This document shows, piece after piece, positions 25,539 to 39,429 of a DNA stretch of 64,000 nt; position 1 is the first letter of the stretch, and each line of letters begins with the position of its first letter. The notes beneath the pieces were generated by a model. That model ran no database searches, was not told the origin of the DNA, and saw only the letters and a program-made list of their open reading frames with translations. Origin of the DNA: Paragordius varius (taxonomy: Eukaryota > Animalia > Nematomorpha); contig OZ176056.1 of assembly GCA_964247055.1 (NCBI GenBank), positions 6,510,001 to 6,574,000 of the forward strand, read 5' to 3'. The position numbers and the translations under genes were made by a program.

Positions 25539-26220
25539 ATGTCTTCGGGTGAGGATGAAATTGGACCCCAAATCGGGGAAGCAGTTTTTGAATCTAGCGG
25601 CAAGGAAAAAGCAAAATTAAAAAGTAAATATATATTCTCATTAACATTATATTTTTTTTAATTCATATCTATTTCAGAAATTCCGTATGAATCTCTATAT
25701 TTGGATGCCCTTCCAACTGCTAATAGTTATGAACTTAGTTATATGCACCGTGATGTTGTTACACACGTTAATATGACCAAGTATTCAATATTTTAATATT
25801 ATTACCAAATATTATTACATTTATTTGTCACTAAAATTTGATGTAATTATTAGGACGGAATTTCTTATCACAGCCAGTCAAGATGGTCATATAAAATTTT
25901 GGAAGAAAGGGGAATTGGGTATCGAATTCGTCAAACATATTCAAGCTCATTTAGGTAATTTTTATTAAAATTATAATTTTTTAGTAATGGACATGGTTGA
26001 CTTTTAAAAACTTTTATGCCTTAAAAATCATTTTTTATGGTAAAAAATTAATACAGAATCCGATTCCAAAATTTTTTTTCTTTCAAATCATAAAACTCTA
26101 AATCAATATTAAAATAATTTTTTTTATAGCCTTTGATTATCATTGATACTTTAATAAATAATCGGTTTATGCCTGTATAATAATTGTTGGCAATATGTGA
26201 AATTAAACCAGGCGAATTCG

Positions 26221-26255
<35 letters not shown>

Positions 26256-29200
26256 AAAATAAAAAATTGTTTAATTATTATATTTCCTCTTGCTAAAAAA
26301 ACACCAAGGTGTCAAATAGTAATTTTGATTTATGCAATATATATTACTAACTCATCCCCATGAAGATCAAAAAGAAGTTTAACATTCTATCCTAAATCGG
26401 CATACTAAACTTGATGATCGTTTTTATTACCCTATTTTAGACAAATAAATCTTGATCGCAATCGGGATCTTAATTGCCTTTTCATCCATTCACATAAATT
26501 CTCTTTGCATTTTTACATGTTCTATGGGACAAAAATTTATATATTTTGATATTTTAGTCACCTTTTTTTCCCTTTAAGAATTAAAAACGATTTTACAGTT
26601 GTAATAAATGTTATTCGTGAAATATATAGGAGCCATACTGGACACGAGTATTATAAATGATGGGACTTTGTATGCCACCGTTTCTGAAGATCAAACCCTT
26701 AAAATATTTGACGTGATTAATTTCGATATGATTATGCAATTCAATTTAACCGATTACATACCAATCACATGTGAATGGGTCAGTATCGCTAATGATATCT
26801 GTAAAGCTATTGCAGTGTACGTTATAACTATTATATACCATTCACAGTTCAAATTCACCCTTGTTTAATTCAAATTTACCCTCGAACAAATCAAATTCAC
26901 AAATATTGTTTTTTTATTTTTAAAAATAAGATTTTATTTAAAATTTAAATAAAATAAATAATAAACGAATATATTCCATATTTTAGTTACATTATCCCGA
27001 AAACACACTTATTTTTAGGAAAAAATTGTTCAAGGGTGAATTTGAATTGTTTGAGGGGGAATTTGAGTTGTAAGTGGTATATATTTTTTGGAATTCTTTA
27101 ATTTTTATATACAGCACATTAAGATTAATAAATGAAATTATCATGAAAAATAAATGATTATTAAAATGAAATGAAAAAAAGATTAGCACATGAATAAAAT
27201 ATGTAATAAATTTAATACATCAAATATGACCCTTGATGAATCGTTTCTGTTGTATCTACTTACACATTTAACATATTTTTTAAACCATGAGCTAATCATT
27301 TTTTTCCTTTTGGATATTCATTTGTTTTTTTGTGATAATCATTTATTTATCTTACTGTAGTTTATTTTGGTAAAAAATGATATTGAAGCCTTAAACGCTA
27401 GTATATTAACTTTTTAGGCGGTATACTGTTTTAAAATAAGAATTGTAAAAATGAGCTATTTATTCAGTGTAAATTTATTTTGTTTGTCAGTTCAGTTTGT
27501 CACCTAAAAATTTTAAATTTAAACTGAAATATAAATACGATTATCCCTGTATTATGTTTATATTTAATCTTGTTGTGCAATTATAAATTATACCTGAAAT
27601 TATTAATCATAAACCATTATCTATCTATATATATATATACCATTTACAATAATTCAAATTCACTCTTAAACAATTCTGAACAATTCAAATTCACCCTCGA
27701 ATATATTATATGTTATTTAAGATTAAAAATTACCTATATTTTTATATCTTTTTTCAAAAATAAAATTTTGTTTTAAATATAACAAATACTGAAATATCAT
27801 AAATTATGCCATAAAGATATATATTTAATAATAAGCTATATATTATTTCCAAAACACAATTTATTTTTCGAGGGTGAATTTGAACAGTAATTTTATAAAC
27901 ATTTGTTTTTGTGCATAGATCATCACATATAAAACCTTACATTTACATATACGATGCGTTTGGGGAACCGGACGCGCCTCCTTTGTACATTTACGAAACA
28001 TTACATATGGCACCCATTATAAATATTTCTTTCAATCACATTTATGAAGTGGTTATATCAATTGATCAAAAAGGTAACGCTTTTACGAAAAATAATCCTG
28101 TCTTTTGAGTTTAAAGACTTATAAATATAAGTTTAAGGTGTAGTTCAAATAATTTAGTTCATACATATACATATATATATATATATATATATATTTATAC
28201 CATTTACAATTTAAATATACCCTCGGACAATTCAAATTTACCCTAAAAATTATTATGCGTTTTGGGGCTAATTTAACTTATCATTAATATGTAAATATAT
28301 CTTTATGGTTTAGTCTATTATTTTTTTCCGTATTATTTTAATTACACACGAAATTTCATTTTTAGGAAATATGAATAGGGTTATATTTAATCTTAAAGTA
28401 ACACCTAATAATTTATTTTAGGGTGATTTTAATTTTAGAGGGTTATTTTGCATTGTTTTAGGGTGCATTTGAAGTTAAAATGGTTTTATATATTATATAA
28501 GTTTTAAAGTTGTTATTGACATATCAAGTGTATTCCAATACACAGGCATGTTGAGCATTAATTAACGTAAAATATATTCGAAAATAATTTAATATACCAT
28601 TTACAGCTCAAATACATCCTGGAACAATTCAAATTCACCCCAAAAAATATTATTATGCTTTTTCGGGCTAATATAACCAATAATATGAAATATTCTTTTA
28701 GAGCATAGGTTATTAATTTATTTTAGTCGCAATTTCATTTTTTAAATAATTTAAAAAAGTTTAGGTAATTTTTGATATATTAAAAACACGAATTTGAATT
28801 GTCAAGAGTGAATTTGAGGTGTAAATGGTATACATAAACTTGTTTATATTTATAATTGAAAATTCTGACGGCTTTCTCTGAGTACATGGAAAATTTTGCT
28901 AACTATATCATTTGGGTCCTTATATTTTTTATATATAATTCATGGGTTAATTTTATTTCTTACAGGCGTCATTCAATATAATATTAGAAACTTGATTTTA
29001 ACAAAGACTTGATTTATAAAAATTCATTTTTTGCCATTTTAATTTGCACTATTGAATGCAACATAAATTGATATTGATATGGTTTAAAATTAAATATCAA
29101 GTTTTTCTTTGTTATTTTATTATTTTTTAATATAATCTGAATTTTTATTATCATTTTTATATGACAACATAAAACAAATTTTATATTCTTTTAATGGAAT

Positions 29201-32200
29201 GTATATTTAAATTAATTTTATTCAAATTTATATACCATATATAGGTATGATTGAATATTGGACCGGACCTAAAAAGGAATATAGGAATCCTATGGATGAA
29301 GCAATTCAACATAATTATCATAAATCAGGTTATTACACATAATATAATATAAATAATTCCATAGTTTTAAAAATTTTGAAAATTAATTTTACACTATATA
29401 TATATATATATATATATATTAAAATTGGAGAAAAAAATGTGAATTACTCTTGATATATTATTTAGAATATGCATTTTATAGTTGCTTATTCACACTATAG
29501 TAGGATTTCCAACACAATAGTGTATATGGAAAAAAAGAACAAAATAAACAATTATTTACTTTCTTTATTCCATACACTACTGTGTGTTGCAAATTGCCCC
29601 CCACAATAGCAGTGTTAAATAAGCAACTATTAAAATTCATACTCTATAATAATTTCATCTCCAATAAAAATACTTGATTAAAATTAAGTTTCATTTTATT
29701 TCTACAAATATTTTATGATCACCAAACTAGAAAAAAGCTAAAAAATGGTAAATAGTCCAAAAACAAAATTTTTATAAAATTATTTTTCGCTCAGAAACAT
29801 AAAATATATTATAGATTCCTAAAATTTAATTTAAGTTTGCTTTGTACACCAGGGATATCCAACACAAATGGCTATGCGGGCTGCATTTTTTTATAAAAAA
29901 TGACGGGCCATATTTGCAAACAAATATTTATTTAAGATTTTAAACATAAAACTGCAAAAAAACCACAGTTTCATTGAACTATTTTTGCTATTTCATTGCA
30001 GACTTATTCAAAATATAATGTATGTTTAAGAAAAGCAATTTTACTTAAATCTTGTAATTTTTGCGGTTGAAATATTTGCTGGTCGCATAAACCTACTTTT
30101 ATACTGATCTATTTTTCAATTTTTTATATATTTATTTGTTTGTTTAAATTCTTTAGGTGACAATAAAACGTCTGTTATAAAATTCACTCATAAGCTTGAC
30201 ACTGATTTGTACGAACTGGCTAAACAGGTAAAAAAAATTTTTTTATATTATAAGAAATTTATACATTATTTATCTTTTTTTACAATAACACTGCTGTATG
30301 ATAAAAAGAGGGTTATTTTTTTTAACAAACAAATTTTTTTTTCTGAGATAGCTTATGACCAGCGTATTATTTGCCGCAAAAATTTAAATTTTGTTGACGA
30401 CCTAGTTTTTGAAATATTAAGAGCAAAATCAAAATGGGCAAAAAGTGAAAATATTAAGGATAATTCAAAAAATATATGGTTTATTTTCATTTTAGATTAT
30501 ATTTTTTTATATACAAATAGCCTAAAATCATTTAGTTAGGGTTTGAATAAAATTGAAGGTTTTTTTATACTTAAAACACAATTTTCTATATCAAACTATA
30601 TTAAAATATATATTTTTATTAATTACTAGCTAAACTAATTATTAAAATCTTGACTCTCAATTTTTTTAATCAAGGAATTAATTTTTGAAATCAAGGTAGC
30701 CGAAAATGAACGTATAGAAACCGCTAGAATATTCAAGATTATTTTTTTTCCCTAAGATTATCAAAAAATCAATAATTTAACCTAAAAAGTACTCAATATA
30801 TGTAAAACTTTGTTCGAATTTCAATAATTCAAAAAAAATTTTGAATCAAGGTAGCCGAAAATGAACGGATTGAAACCTCTAGAATATTCAAGATTAACCA
30901 TTTTTCCCTAAATTTATCAAAAAATTCATATTTTAACCTAAAAAGTACTCCATATTTGTAAAACTTTATTCGAATTTCAATAATCAAAAAATTTTTTGAA
31001 AAAAAGGTAAAATTAACGGATTGAAACTGCTAGAATATTCAAAATTAATCTTTTTTCCTCTAAATTTATCAAAAAAAATTTAAACTCCATATTTGAAAAA
31101 CTTTATTTGAACCCCAATTTTTCTAATCAATAATTAAATTTTTAAAACCCAAGGTAACCGAAAATGAACGGATTGAAACAGCCAGAATATTCAAGACAAT
31201 TCTTTTTTCATCTAAATTTACCAATAAATAATTATTTTTGCGTAAAAGGCGCTCATTTGTAAAAATTTATTTGAATTTTAATTTTTCTTATCAGTGAATT
31301 TTTTGATGCAAGATAAAACAAATCTATTGTAAATAGAATATAATCTAAAACAAATTTCTTTTCCTTAAATTTACCAATAAATAATTATTTTTGGGTAAAA
31401 ACCAACTATTATATTTAGTTTTTCTAATCAATAATTAAATTTTTAAAACCTAAGGTAGCCGAAAATGAACGGATTGAAAGCGCTAGAATACTCAAGAGTC
31501 GAGAATATCAATCAGCAACGACCTTTGGTGAAATTTGTAATGCCATACTACCCCGGAGTTGTCTTACTCAATGTGTTTGTAGTGCCAAACTGGGTTTTAG
31601 TCCAACCGGACATTTTTATGCCCTTTACACGGCGTTTGATGAAAAAGTTCGCATTTTTCATATGGATACTGGTATGTTGTAATGTTAGATACTTTGATAG
31701 ATTTTTTTAAGATTTTTTTTATCAGAAATTTATAAATATAAACCAACTTATCAATTTGCACATTGCAAAATACTGAATATATACCCCTAAAAATTGGACA
31801 AGACATAACGTTTAAAGGAAAAAGCAAATATTTTTTTAGTTATCATACACTTTTATAAACTGACATTTTTTTTGTAGTATGGGAATTTGAGTTTTTAACC
31901 GTTGTTGAATAAGGAAGACACTAGAAATTTACATATTTCAGACTGAATTATATACCATTTACAGTTCATATTCGCCCCTAACAATTATAATTCACCCTTG
32001 AACAATTCAAATCCTCCTTCGAACAATTTAATTTCATTCTAAAATAAATTAGGTGTTTTTTAAGATTATTAATTATCTATATTTTTTTATATATTTAAAA
32101 AATGACACTTCGTTTAAAATTAATATAATACTAAAGAAATAAACTATGCCATAAGAATATATATATTTCATATATTAATGATCAGTTAGCCCAAAAACAC

Positions 32201-35200
32201 CTAATTTGTTCTTAGGGTGAATTTGTATTGTTAAAGGGTGAATTTGTAATGTTTAAGTAAGAATTTGAATTTTTTGAGGGTGAATTTGAATTGTTAAGGA
32301 GGAATTTGAATTGTTTAAGTGTGAATTTGAATTGTAAACGGTATATTGTTTACAGTATACTGTGTTGTATGAATATAATATAGACATAATCAAGGTGGTG
32401 TAAAAAATGTAGATATACCATTATAGTTTAATGTTATTATCTTTTTACGAGCTATAATTTTTAATGGGTCAAATAAAAATTGTTTTTTATATTATATATA
32501 TTTATTGTTTGATTTGATTTGAATTGCTAGATGTAGAAGAAATGATAACCCATTGTTTTGATATTTTTTTAAATTGATTTCAATCTTTAATATATTTATA
32601 TAAACTAGGGGCGTATTCAGCACGCGGGTCGCATTCAATATACTCTGTGGAAATCCATAAAGTGCAAAAATAGGCCAACAAAATCTTTGTTAAATTGATA
32701 TTTTTTTGAAACAATTTTTTTCCTTAATAACTCTATATTCTATTGGAAAGACAGTGTACATAAGAAAAGAATGTTATATTATGTTTGTATTTTACAGTTT
32801 TTTGTGTAATATAATAAATAATTATAAATGTCCAATATTAATTTTAAATGCGCCCCCTCCCCCCATGATGTCATTTACAGTATATGTGCATTTTAATGGT
32901 TGCTCATTTTACACTATAGTAGGGCAACCTGCAACACAGTAGTATATGGAAAAAAGAAGCACCGCTAATAGTTTATTCAACATTTTGTTCTTTTTTCTAT
33001 ACACTACTGTGTGGGTTGCAAATTGCCCAACTATAGTGTAAAGTAAGCAACCATTAAAATGCATACTGCATATACTTTAATTTAAACAGATATTTTCAAT
33101 TTATATACAGTAAAAATTGAAATTATACGGACAAAACGTAAAAATATAAAGACAAATGTTTTTTTTTTCAAAAGACAACCATACTTTTTAAATCCTTGAT
33201 TTATCCTATAAAAATATTTTAATGTCAATTGTAAAATAAATAATTGATTGCTTTACCAATTTACATCTCTATTTCATACCTCTACAATTCAAATTAAGGT
33301 TTTAAAAGTATGGTTGTCTTTTTGCAAAAGAACATTTGTCGTTATATTTTTACAATTTGTCCTTATAATTTCAATTTTTATTGTATTATTTACAGGTAAA
33401 TTATACCGCGTTTATGATGAAAGTAAAAATGTCATAATTTCAAATCTAAACAACAGCACTAATAATAATACTTTATTAAACAACAATGACGCCAAAACGA
33501 ATGAAACTATTCACAATACGTCTAAAAGAAAACACCATCACAAATCTAAAAAAACTAAAAAAAGTATGTATATATGTTTTTTAAAACGATAATATTTTAA
33601 GTTTTAAAGAATATGCACACTAATAATAAAATTATGGGAAAAAAATTTAAACCCCAGATTTTTTATGATTCATTTCTAAGAAAATTAACTTGAGAGTTTG
33701 AGGGATACTTAATTTTAAATATATAATTTTTATTACTGTAAAAATTACCACTCTTATTTTTATCCATATTAAAATGTATTAATTTATTAATAGTAATATA
33801 TACCATTCACACTACAAAATTACCCTTGAACAATTTAAATTTACCCTAAAATATAATATATTTTAAGATTAATACCTATATTTTTAAAAAATGAAAATTT
33901 TTTTAAAACAAAATACTGAAAAAATAATTAACTAGGCCATAAAGATACATTTTATATTAATAATGAATTATATTTGCCCGAAAACGCATAATTTATTTTT
34001 AGGGTGAATTGTTCAAGGGTGATTTTAATTGTTCAAGGCTGAATTTGAATTGTAAACATAAAATTTATAAATTTATTTTTAGTCATATTTATGTTTTTAT
34101 AAAAATATATTTTTTAGTACAAAATGGTAATGCCAAAACTAATGAACTATCAAATAGCTCCTCCGATGAAGAGACAATAGATAATCATGAACAAAGTATA
34201 TGTTTTGATATTTTTTGAATAACTTTTTATTTTCAAAAAATTTGCAAAACTTGCAATATTAGTTATATATATATATATATATATATATACTTTGATTTCA
34301 ATATTATAAGTCCACAATATTCTTATTATTAACATTTAATATTTTTTTATTAACAATAATTATTGTATATACTAATAAAAATATAAAGCAATAATAGATT
34401 AGTTTTTTATGTAAAAAAAATCTTGTTTTTTTGTCAAAAAAACAATGGTAAAAATTAAGGTTTGCAAAAAAAAAAAATTCACAAAAAAATCCCTGTGTTT
34501 TACCTTTATTTTAACTTTCAATGTATATAACTCTAATTTTTTCATTCACTTGATAAAACACACTAATTTTTCGCATCATTTAGCCCCTGACAACACCTTA
34601 AGTAATTCAAAAACGCCAAATGCAGGTGATTCTGAACCCCAAATAACCAATACTTCTATTTCAACGCTTGAACTTAATAGACGACTAGCGCTGGAGAGGG
34701 AATTAATACTGGGTGCATTGGAAGCTGTTCCTAACGATAATGATAATTCTACCATGATGAATTATCCAAGCCTTCTGTTGTACCCACGCACATGTAATGT
34801 CGTATGGGATGAAAGTGGAAATTTTATCTTTTACGCAAACATGTTGGGTATTAGATGCCTTAATGTTCGAACTAATAGGTAGCTATGCATACTATTTACT
34901 TGGTTGGTTAGAACAGGGGTATACCTTGAGTTTTAAATATAAAATTTACGAAGAACAAATGTAGGGGATTGTTTTTAAAGCAAATATCTGATTAATATTA
35001 TATTTTGGCAATGAACTAGCAAAAAATGTTAAAGTTAATGGCTGTATTACACTCTTAGGTACTAAATCTAATAAAATTGATGTTAATGCCAAGATATTTT
35101 CAAATTCGGTCCGCGAATCCATTTGTATTGGAAACCCCTGGTTCAGAATATAAGTTTTTGAATTTGGCCTTAAGAATGTGAAATTTAGAATGTTTTAATT

Positions 35201-38200
35201 CACTCTGGAATACTTTGAATGGACTCTTTAGACTTTTATTTTACCCTAAAACCTTTTTATTTGACAATTTATTTTGAAGAATTAATTGATCCTTGTACGC
35301 TTATATTAGACTTTTCTAAATTTAAACAGAGTTTTAATTTCATTTTAGTTATTTTTTTATTTTCATTCTTAAAATATTTTTAAACTAACTGTTTACATTT
35401 GAAATTTATATTGACTGTTTTTTGAAAATTATTCTAATTATTTCACTTTGGAAAACTAATCGTTGAATATTTAAAAATTAATTTTATCCTGTTAATCTGA
35501 CCCTAAATTTGAAATTTATCATATATCTATTTAGTAAAAAAAATATTTGTCCTTATATTTTTACGTTTTTTCCGTATATAATTTCATTTTTTTACCACTA
35601 TATAATTTTATGACTAAATTTCAAATACACATATATATACATATTTTATGATAGATTGTAAAGGAAAAATAACGTTTTAAAAAGTATGGTTGTGTCTTTT
35701 AAAGAAAAAAATAATCTTTTATCAAATTTTTACTGTATGTTGTATATTTATCTTTCTCTTTTTTTATTAGGTGTGCTCGTATGTTTGGCGTAGCGGATAA
35801 TTTACGATTCCTGAATTTAGCTTTATTTCAAGGGCGTGCCATAGCATCAAGGTATCTGGAAAATTCGATTCCTGACGCCATTAGCCTGGAAATTGAGGTG
35901 ACAATATATAATTCTCAAAAATTTTTGCGTCAACAAACACTCTAAAAATATAGGGTTGTTTTTTGTTAAAAGGAATTTTTTTGTTTGGGAAGGATCTAAT
36001 AATATTTTGGGTTTTTTATTATATAATAAATTATCTTATAAGTGTTTTAATATATATATATATATATATATATAATTGTATTTACATTACATTTTGGGCT
36101 GGTATTAAGATATATTTGTTTAAATTTTTTAAAAAATTTATAAGCTCTCAAGGTGCCGAACAAATATAATTATATAGATGGACCATTTATAATAAATATA
36201 TCCTTGATATTTTCCTTTATTATTAATATATAGATATTTTTTCTAATTGCATTTTTATCAACTTTTGTCTGTTGTGTTAACAGTTCATTTTTTATTTTAA
36301 AATGACAAATTTATAATGTAAATGGTTATATATGTACACATGATGAAAATTTATTATGAACTCTACATTTAATTAAAACCAATATATAAGTAATCAACCA
36401 TGATTTGATTATATCTTTAATGCCTATGTTATACCATTAAGTATAATGGAGGTTATATGGAATAAATCCTCGGAAACAACTCAAAAAATATGGTTGTGTT
36501 ATATGCAACAAATAACAGTTTCTTTGAAAAAAAAGCACTTTTTTTATCTTTAATTCATCGTATATTATATACATATAGGCTTTAACAAGTGATCCCAATA
36601 ATCCGATTACCCTTTCCTCATCTGCAAATGCAGACATAAAATTTGGTAATAATTCAACCAACATTCCAAACGCAAAAAGTTTAGCCCCTGACCCGGTTAT
36701 ATTCGCAACCGGTTTTCGTAGAAACCGGTTTTATCTTTTTACCCAGCGGGAACCGAAAGAGGACCTCTCTAAGGGCCAGGAAAGAGATGTCTTTAATGAG
36801 AAACCTAGTAAAGAAGATATGATGGCGGGTAATATATACATTAGAGTAATGTTAAAACACTTTGGGAGTGTTTAGGGGTTTATTGTGATTTGATTTTATA
36901 AATACAACTTAACGCTTAACGGTTGTGTATATATATAAAGTTTTATAAAAAAAAAATTTGATTTTATCCGTAAGAAGAAATAAATTGATATTATTGAGAG
37001 TGTTAATACTTTATATCTGTACTTCATATTCCGCAATCCAATACGAAAGCGTAAAAAGTATGCCTGTCTTTTTTGAAAAAAACATTTGTTGTTTTTCAAT
37101 TTTTACGTTTTCTCCCTCTTTAATATCAATTTAGTCAAACCCCGTGCAAATTGTATAAAATCTTTAAAACTTCTAAATAATTGCAATCAGACTCTTTATG
37201 CGCTTAAAAAACAAACTTCTTTGAAAAACTTTTACTAACTAAATTGTTAAAATTTTATTATACCGCTAAAACAATCTCTTATATATATTCATTCAAATGA
37301 CGCTATTTTAGTTTCCGACACATCTTACTCATTTAAATATAATTAATATCTAAGTTCTACAAGGGTTAGTGTCTCCAACACAAAGGGTCGCATTAAAAAT
37401 ATGTATATTAAATTTTAAAGATAGGATTACAAAATCCAAATGCAATATAGCATTTATTTTTTCTAGTTTTTGCCAATTTATTAAAACTTTTTTAAATTTA
37501 AAAATATTGTTTTGATATATCAATTTTGTTAAAATTTTACGGGCATATTTTAGCTATAATACAATTCCAAAATTTTCACGGGCCGAACTTTAAGTCTTGG
37601 AGGGCCGTATGTTCCACATTCCTGTTTCAATATCTGACACTAATTAATAAAACCAACCTCTTTTTCATATTTTATTTAATAATATATTTTATATTTTAGT
37701 ATCTAACAATTTTTAACAAAGTGTATATTTATTTTAAAAATTGTGGTTTGTATACTCACTAAAATATCAATAAATAAATAATATCTATGTTTTAGTATCT
37801 GACATTTTAACGGCTGGTTCAAACCTTGAAACCGAACAAAATTTAGCTACCACAGCTATTATTCATACGACTATGGGTGACATACATTGTAAGTTATTCC
37901 CTAAAGAATGTCCTAAGACTATACAAAACTTTGCGACGCATGCACGTAATCAATACTATAATGGCCATATTTTTCATCGAATTATACGCGGTTTTATGAT
38001 ACAAACGGGAGATCCTACAGGTAACTTTTTACATTAATTTTTCGTTTTATGTTAGGATGAAAAATTAATTATTGCAAAGTTTTGTTTAAAATATTGTGAA
38101 GAGTTGACCTCGAATTCGGAGACACTCAATAAATGTTTGGATTGTTATCATATTAGCAATGGAACAAACTTGTTCGTAATGCGAATGGCTCGCTTTTTTC

Positions 38201-38860
38201 AAGAGTATATATGACTTATCTATACATTGTGAATGCCAAAATAATGGCATAAATCCAAAAATAAGGAAAAAATATTGTATGCTATATCTTTATATTTTTA
38301 ACAAAAAAACTGTCACACTACGAATACAAAAATATATATATATATATGTGAAGGCAAATAACTTTTGTACAAAAGTATATCACCTTAAATAATATGATTT
38401 TTTATGTTAATATTTATTTTAAAAACTTGTTTGCGTTTTAAAGGATCTGGACGTGGCGGAGAAAGTATTTGGGGACATGATTTTGAGGACGAAATTTCAC
38501 CCAACCTTAAACATGATCGACCATTTATGCTGAGTATGGCTAACGCTGGACCCAATACGAATGGAAGTCAATTTTTCATTACAGTTGTACCTTGTGTAAG
38601 TTTTTTATATCAATAATAAGTTATAGAGTTTCAAGTAAAAAGTGTATATTTTGTAATGATCAATGATGATTTTTTTAATTTTCCATAAAAATATATATAA
38701 ATTACTTTTATTTTAGCCCTGGTTAGATAATAAACATACCGTGTTTGGCATAGTGACGAAGGGTATGGCCGTCGTTAATAAAATTAATGGGCTTAATACT
38801 AATCCTGATACTGATAGGCCTTTGAAAGAAGTTTCCATACTCACAATCACTGCAAAATAA
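25539..38860 (+). CDS. PPWD1: Peptidylprolyl isomerase domain and WD repeat-containing protein 1 (about 800-813 aa, 16 exons)
   Basis: Exons 25539-25623, 25678-25780, 25854-25954, 26630-26816, 27919-28073, 29245-29328, 30157-30227, 31455(or 31497)-31671, 33396-33563, 34118-34195, 34584-34878, 35771-35897, 36579-36828, 37796-38020, 38444-38595, 38717-38860, with all phases consistent. Motifs: [65 protein letters not shown], cyclophilin [19 protein letters not shown]...[25 protein letters not shown]...[28 protein letters not shown]. Confidence 0.95.
26832..27083. mobile_element. MITE family A in PPWD1 intron 4
   Basis: Inverted termini tatataccattcacagttcaaattcaccc / gggggaatttgagttgtaagtggtatata. 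Confidence 0.7.
27635..27890. mobile_element. MITE family A (right end eroded) in PPWD1 intron 4
   Basis: tataccatttacaataattcaaattcactc ... cgagggtgaatttgaac. Confidence 0.6.
28195..28832. mobile_element. Two adjacent MITE family A copies (about 28195-28495 and 28593-28832) in PPWD1 intron 5
   Basis: tataccatttaca... starts at about 28196 and 28593. The second copy ends ...gaggtgtaaatggtata. Confidence 0.65.
29463..29645. mobile_element. MITE family B (about 190-bp palindrome)
   Basis: atatgcattttatagttgcttatt...aataagcaactattaaaattcatact; the same family as 32878 and 56675. Confidence 0.65.
30680..31500. repeat. Tandem array of about 6 units (142-158 bp) containing the PPWD1 exon 8 acceptor region
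   Basis: caag|gtagccgaaaatgaacggattgaaa..ctagaatattcaag at 30696, 30851, 31007 (degenerate), 31154, about 31312 (degenerate) and 31455. Confidence 0.85.
31949..32346. mobile_element. MITE family A with expanded subterminal repeats
   Basis: tatataccatttacagttcatattcgccc ... six gtgaatttgaattgtt-like units, then tgtaaacggtata. Confidence 0.7.
32878..33068. mobile_element. MITE family B (CAGT...ACTG, Tc1/mariner-like termini)
   Basis: Long inverted arms cagtat..gcattttaatggttgc..ttacactatagt..gggcaa / ttgcccaactatagtgtaa..gcaaccattaaaatgcatactg. Confidence 0.7.
33108..33383. mobile_element. MITE family C, ending 12 nt before the PPWD1 exon 9 acceptor
   Basis: ta|cagtaaaaattgaaattatacggacaaaacg ... 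tataatttcaatttttattg|ta. Relatives lie at about 35520-35737, 46178-46427 and 61855-62090. Confidence 0.65.
33797..34057. mobile_element. MITE family A in PPWD1 intron 9
   Basis: tatataccattcacactacaaaattacccttgaacaat ... gggtgaattgttcaagggtga...gaattgtaaac. Confidence 0.6.
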
Positions 38861-39429
38861 ATATGGAATTAAAAATTGAACAAGGATATATATTGATCTC
38901 TATATTATAAAATTTTTTTTCGATAAATGACGTATATATTAATAAATATTTGTATATACTCAAATAAATCCATTAATTGAGTCGTATAGTTATCTTTATT
39001 CTGAAATAATACTCAAATTAAGTATAACAGTTAAGGCGTGAAATAAATTAATTGTATGCTAGTTTCTCAGTTTTGTAAGGGCATATTCAGTGGGTTAAAG
39101 AACCACTAACTGTATATTTCACGGCATCGTTACTATTTATATTGACAAAGAAAATAATTATTTTGCGTCTTTAATTGATAAATTTAAGCTTTAAGTATAT
39201 ATTTTGTAAGCGTTTTTATTATAACTTAAAAACGCCCATTCCGTTTTTATTTGAAGTTATTACCGTTTATAAAAACTTTTTTTTATAGAGTCACCGTAAT
39301 TTTTTGGCACCTCAAATAATTTTTCAAAATTTGAATGCGATAAGAAATAATTTAAAACGATTATATATACATCGAAATTAAAGTTTAAAGATCAAGTTTC
39401 GAATATATAATATTATGGAATTATGTGTT

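Noticed and set aside
31465-31827. ORFs 31465-31710 (+) and 31597-31827 (-) as a separate gene or retroelement fragment
   Set aside because: The conserved PPWD1 WD40 sequence (FSPTG...DEKVRIF..TG) is in a third frame and splices in phase to exon 9.
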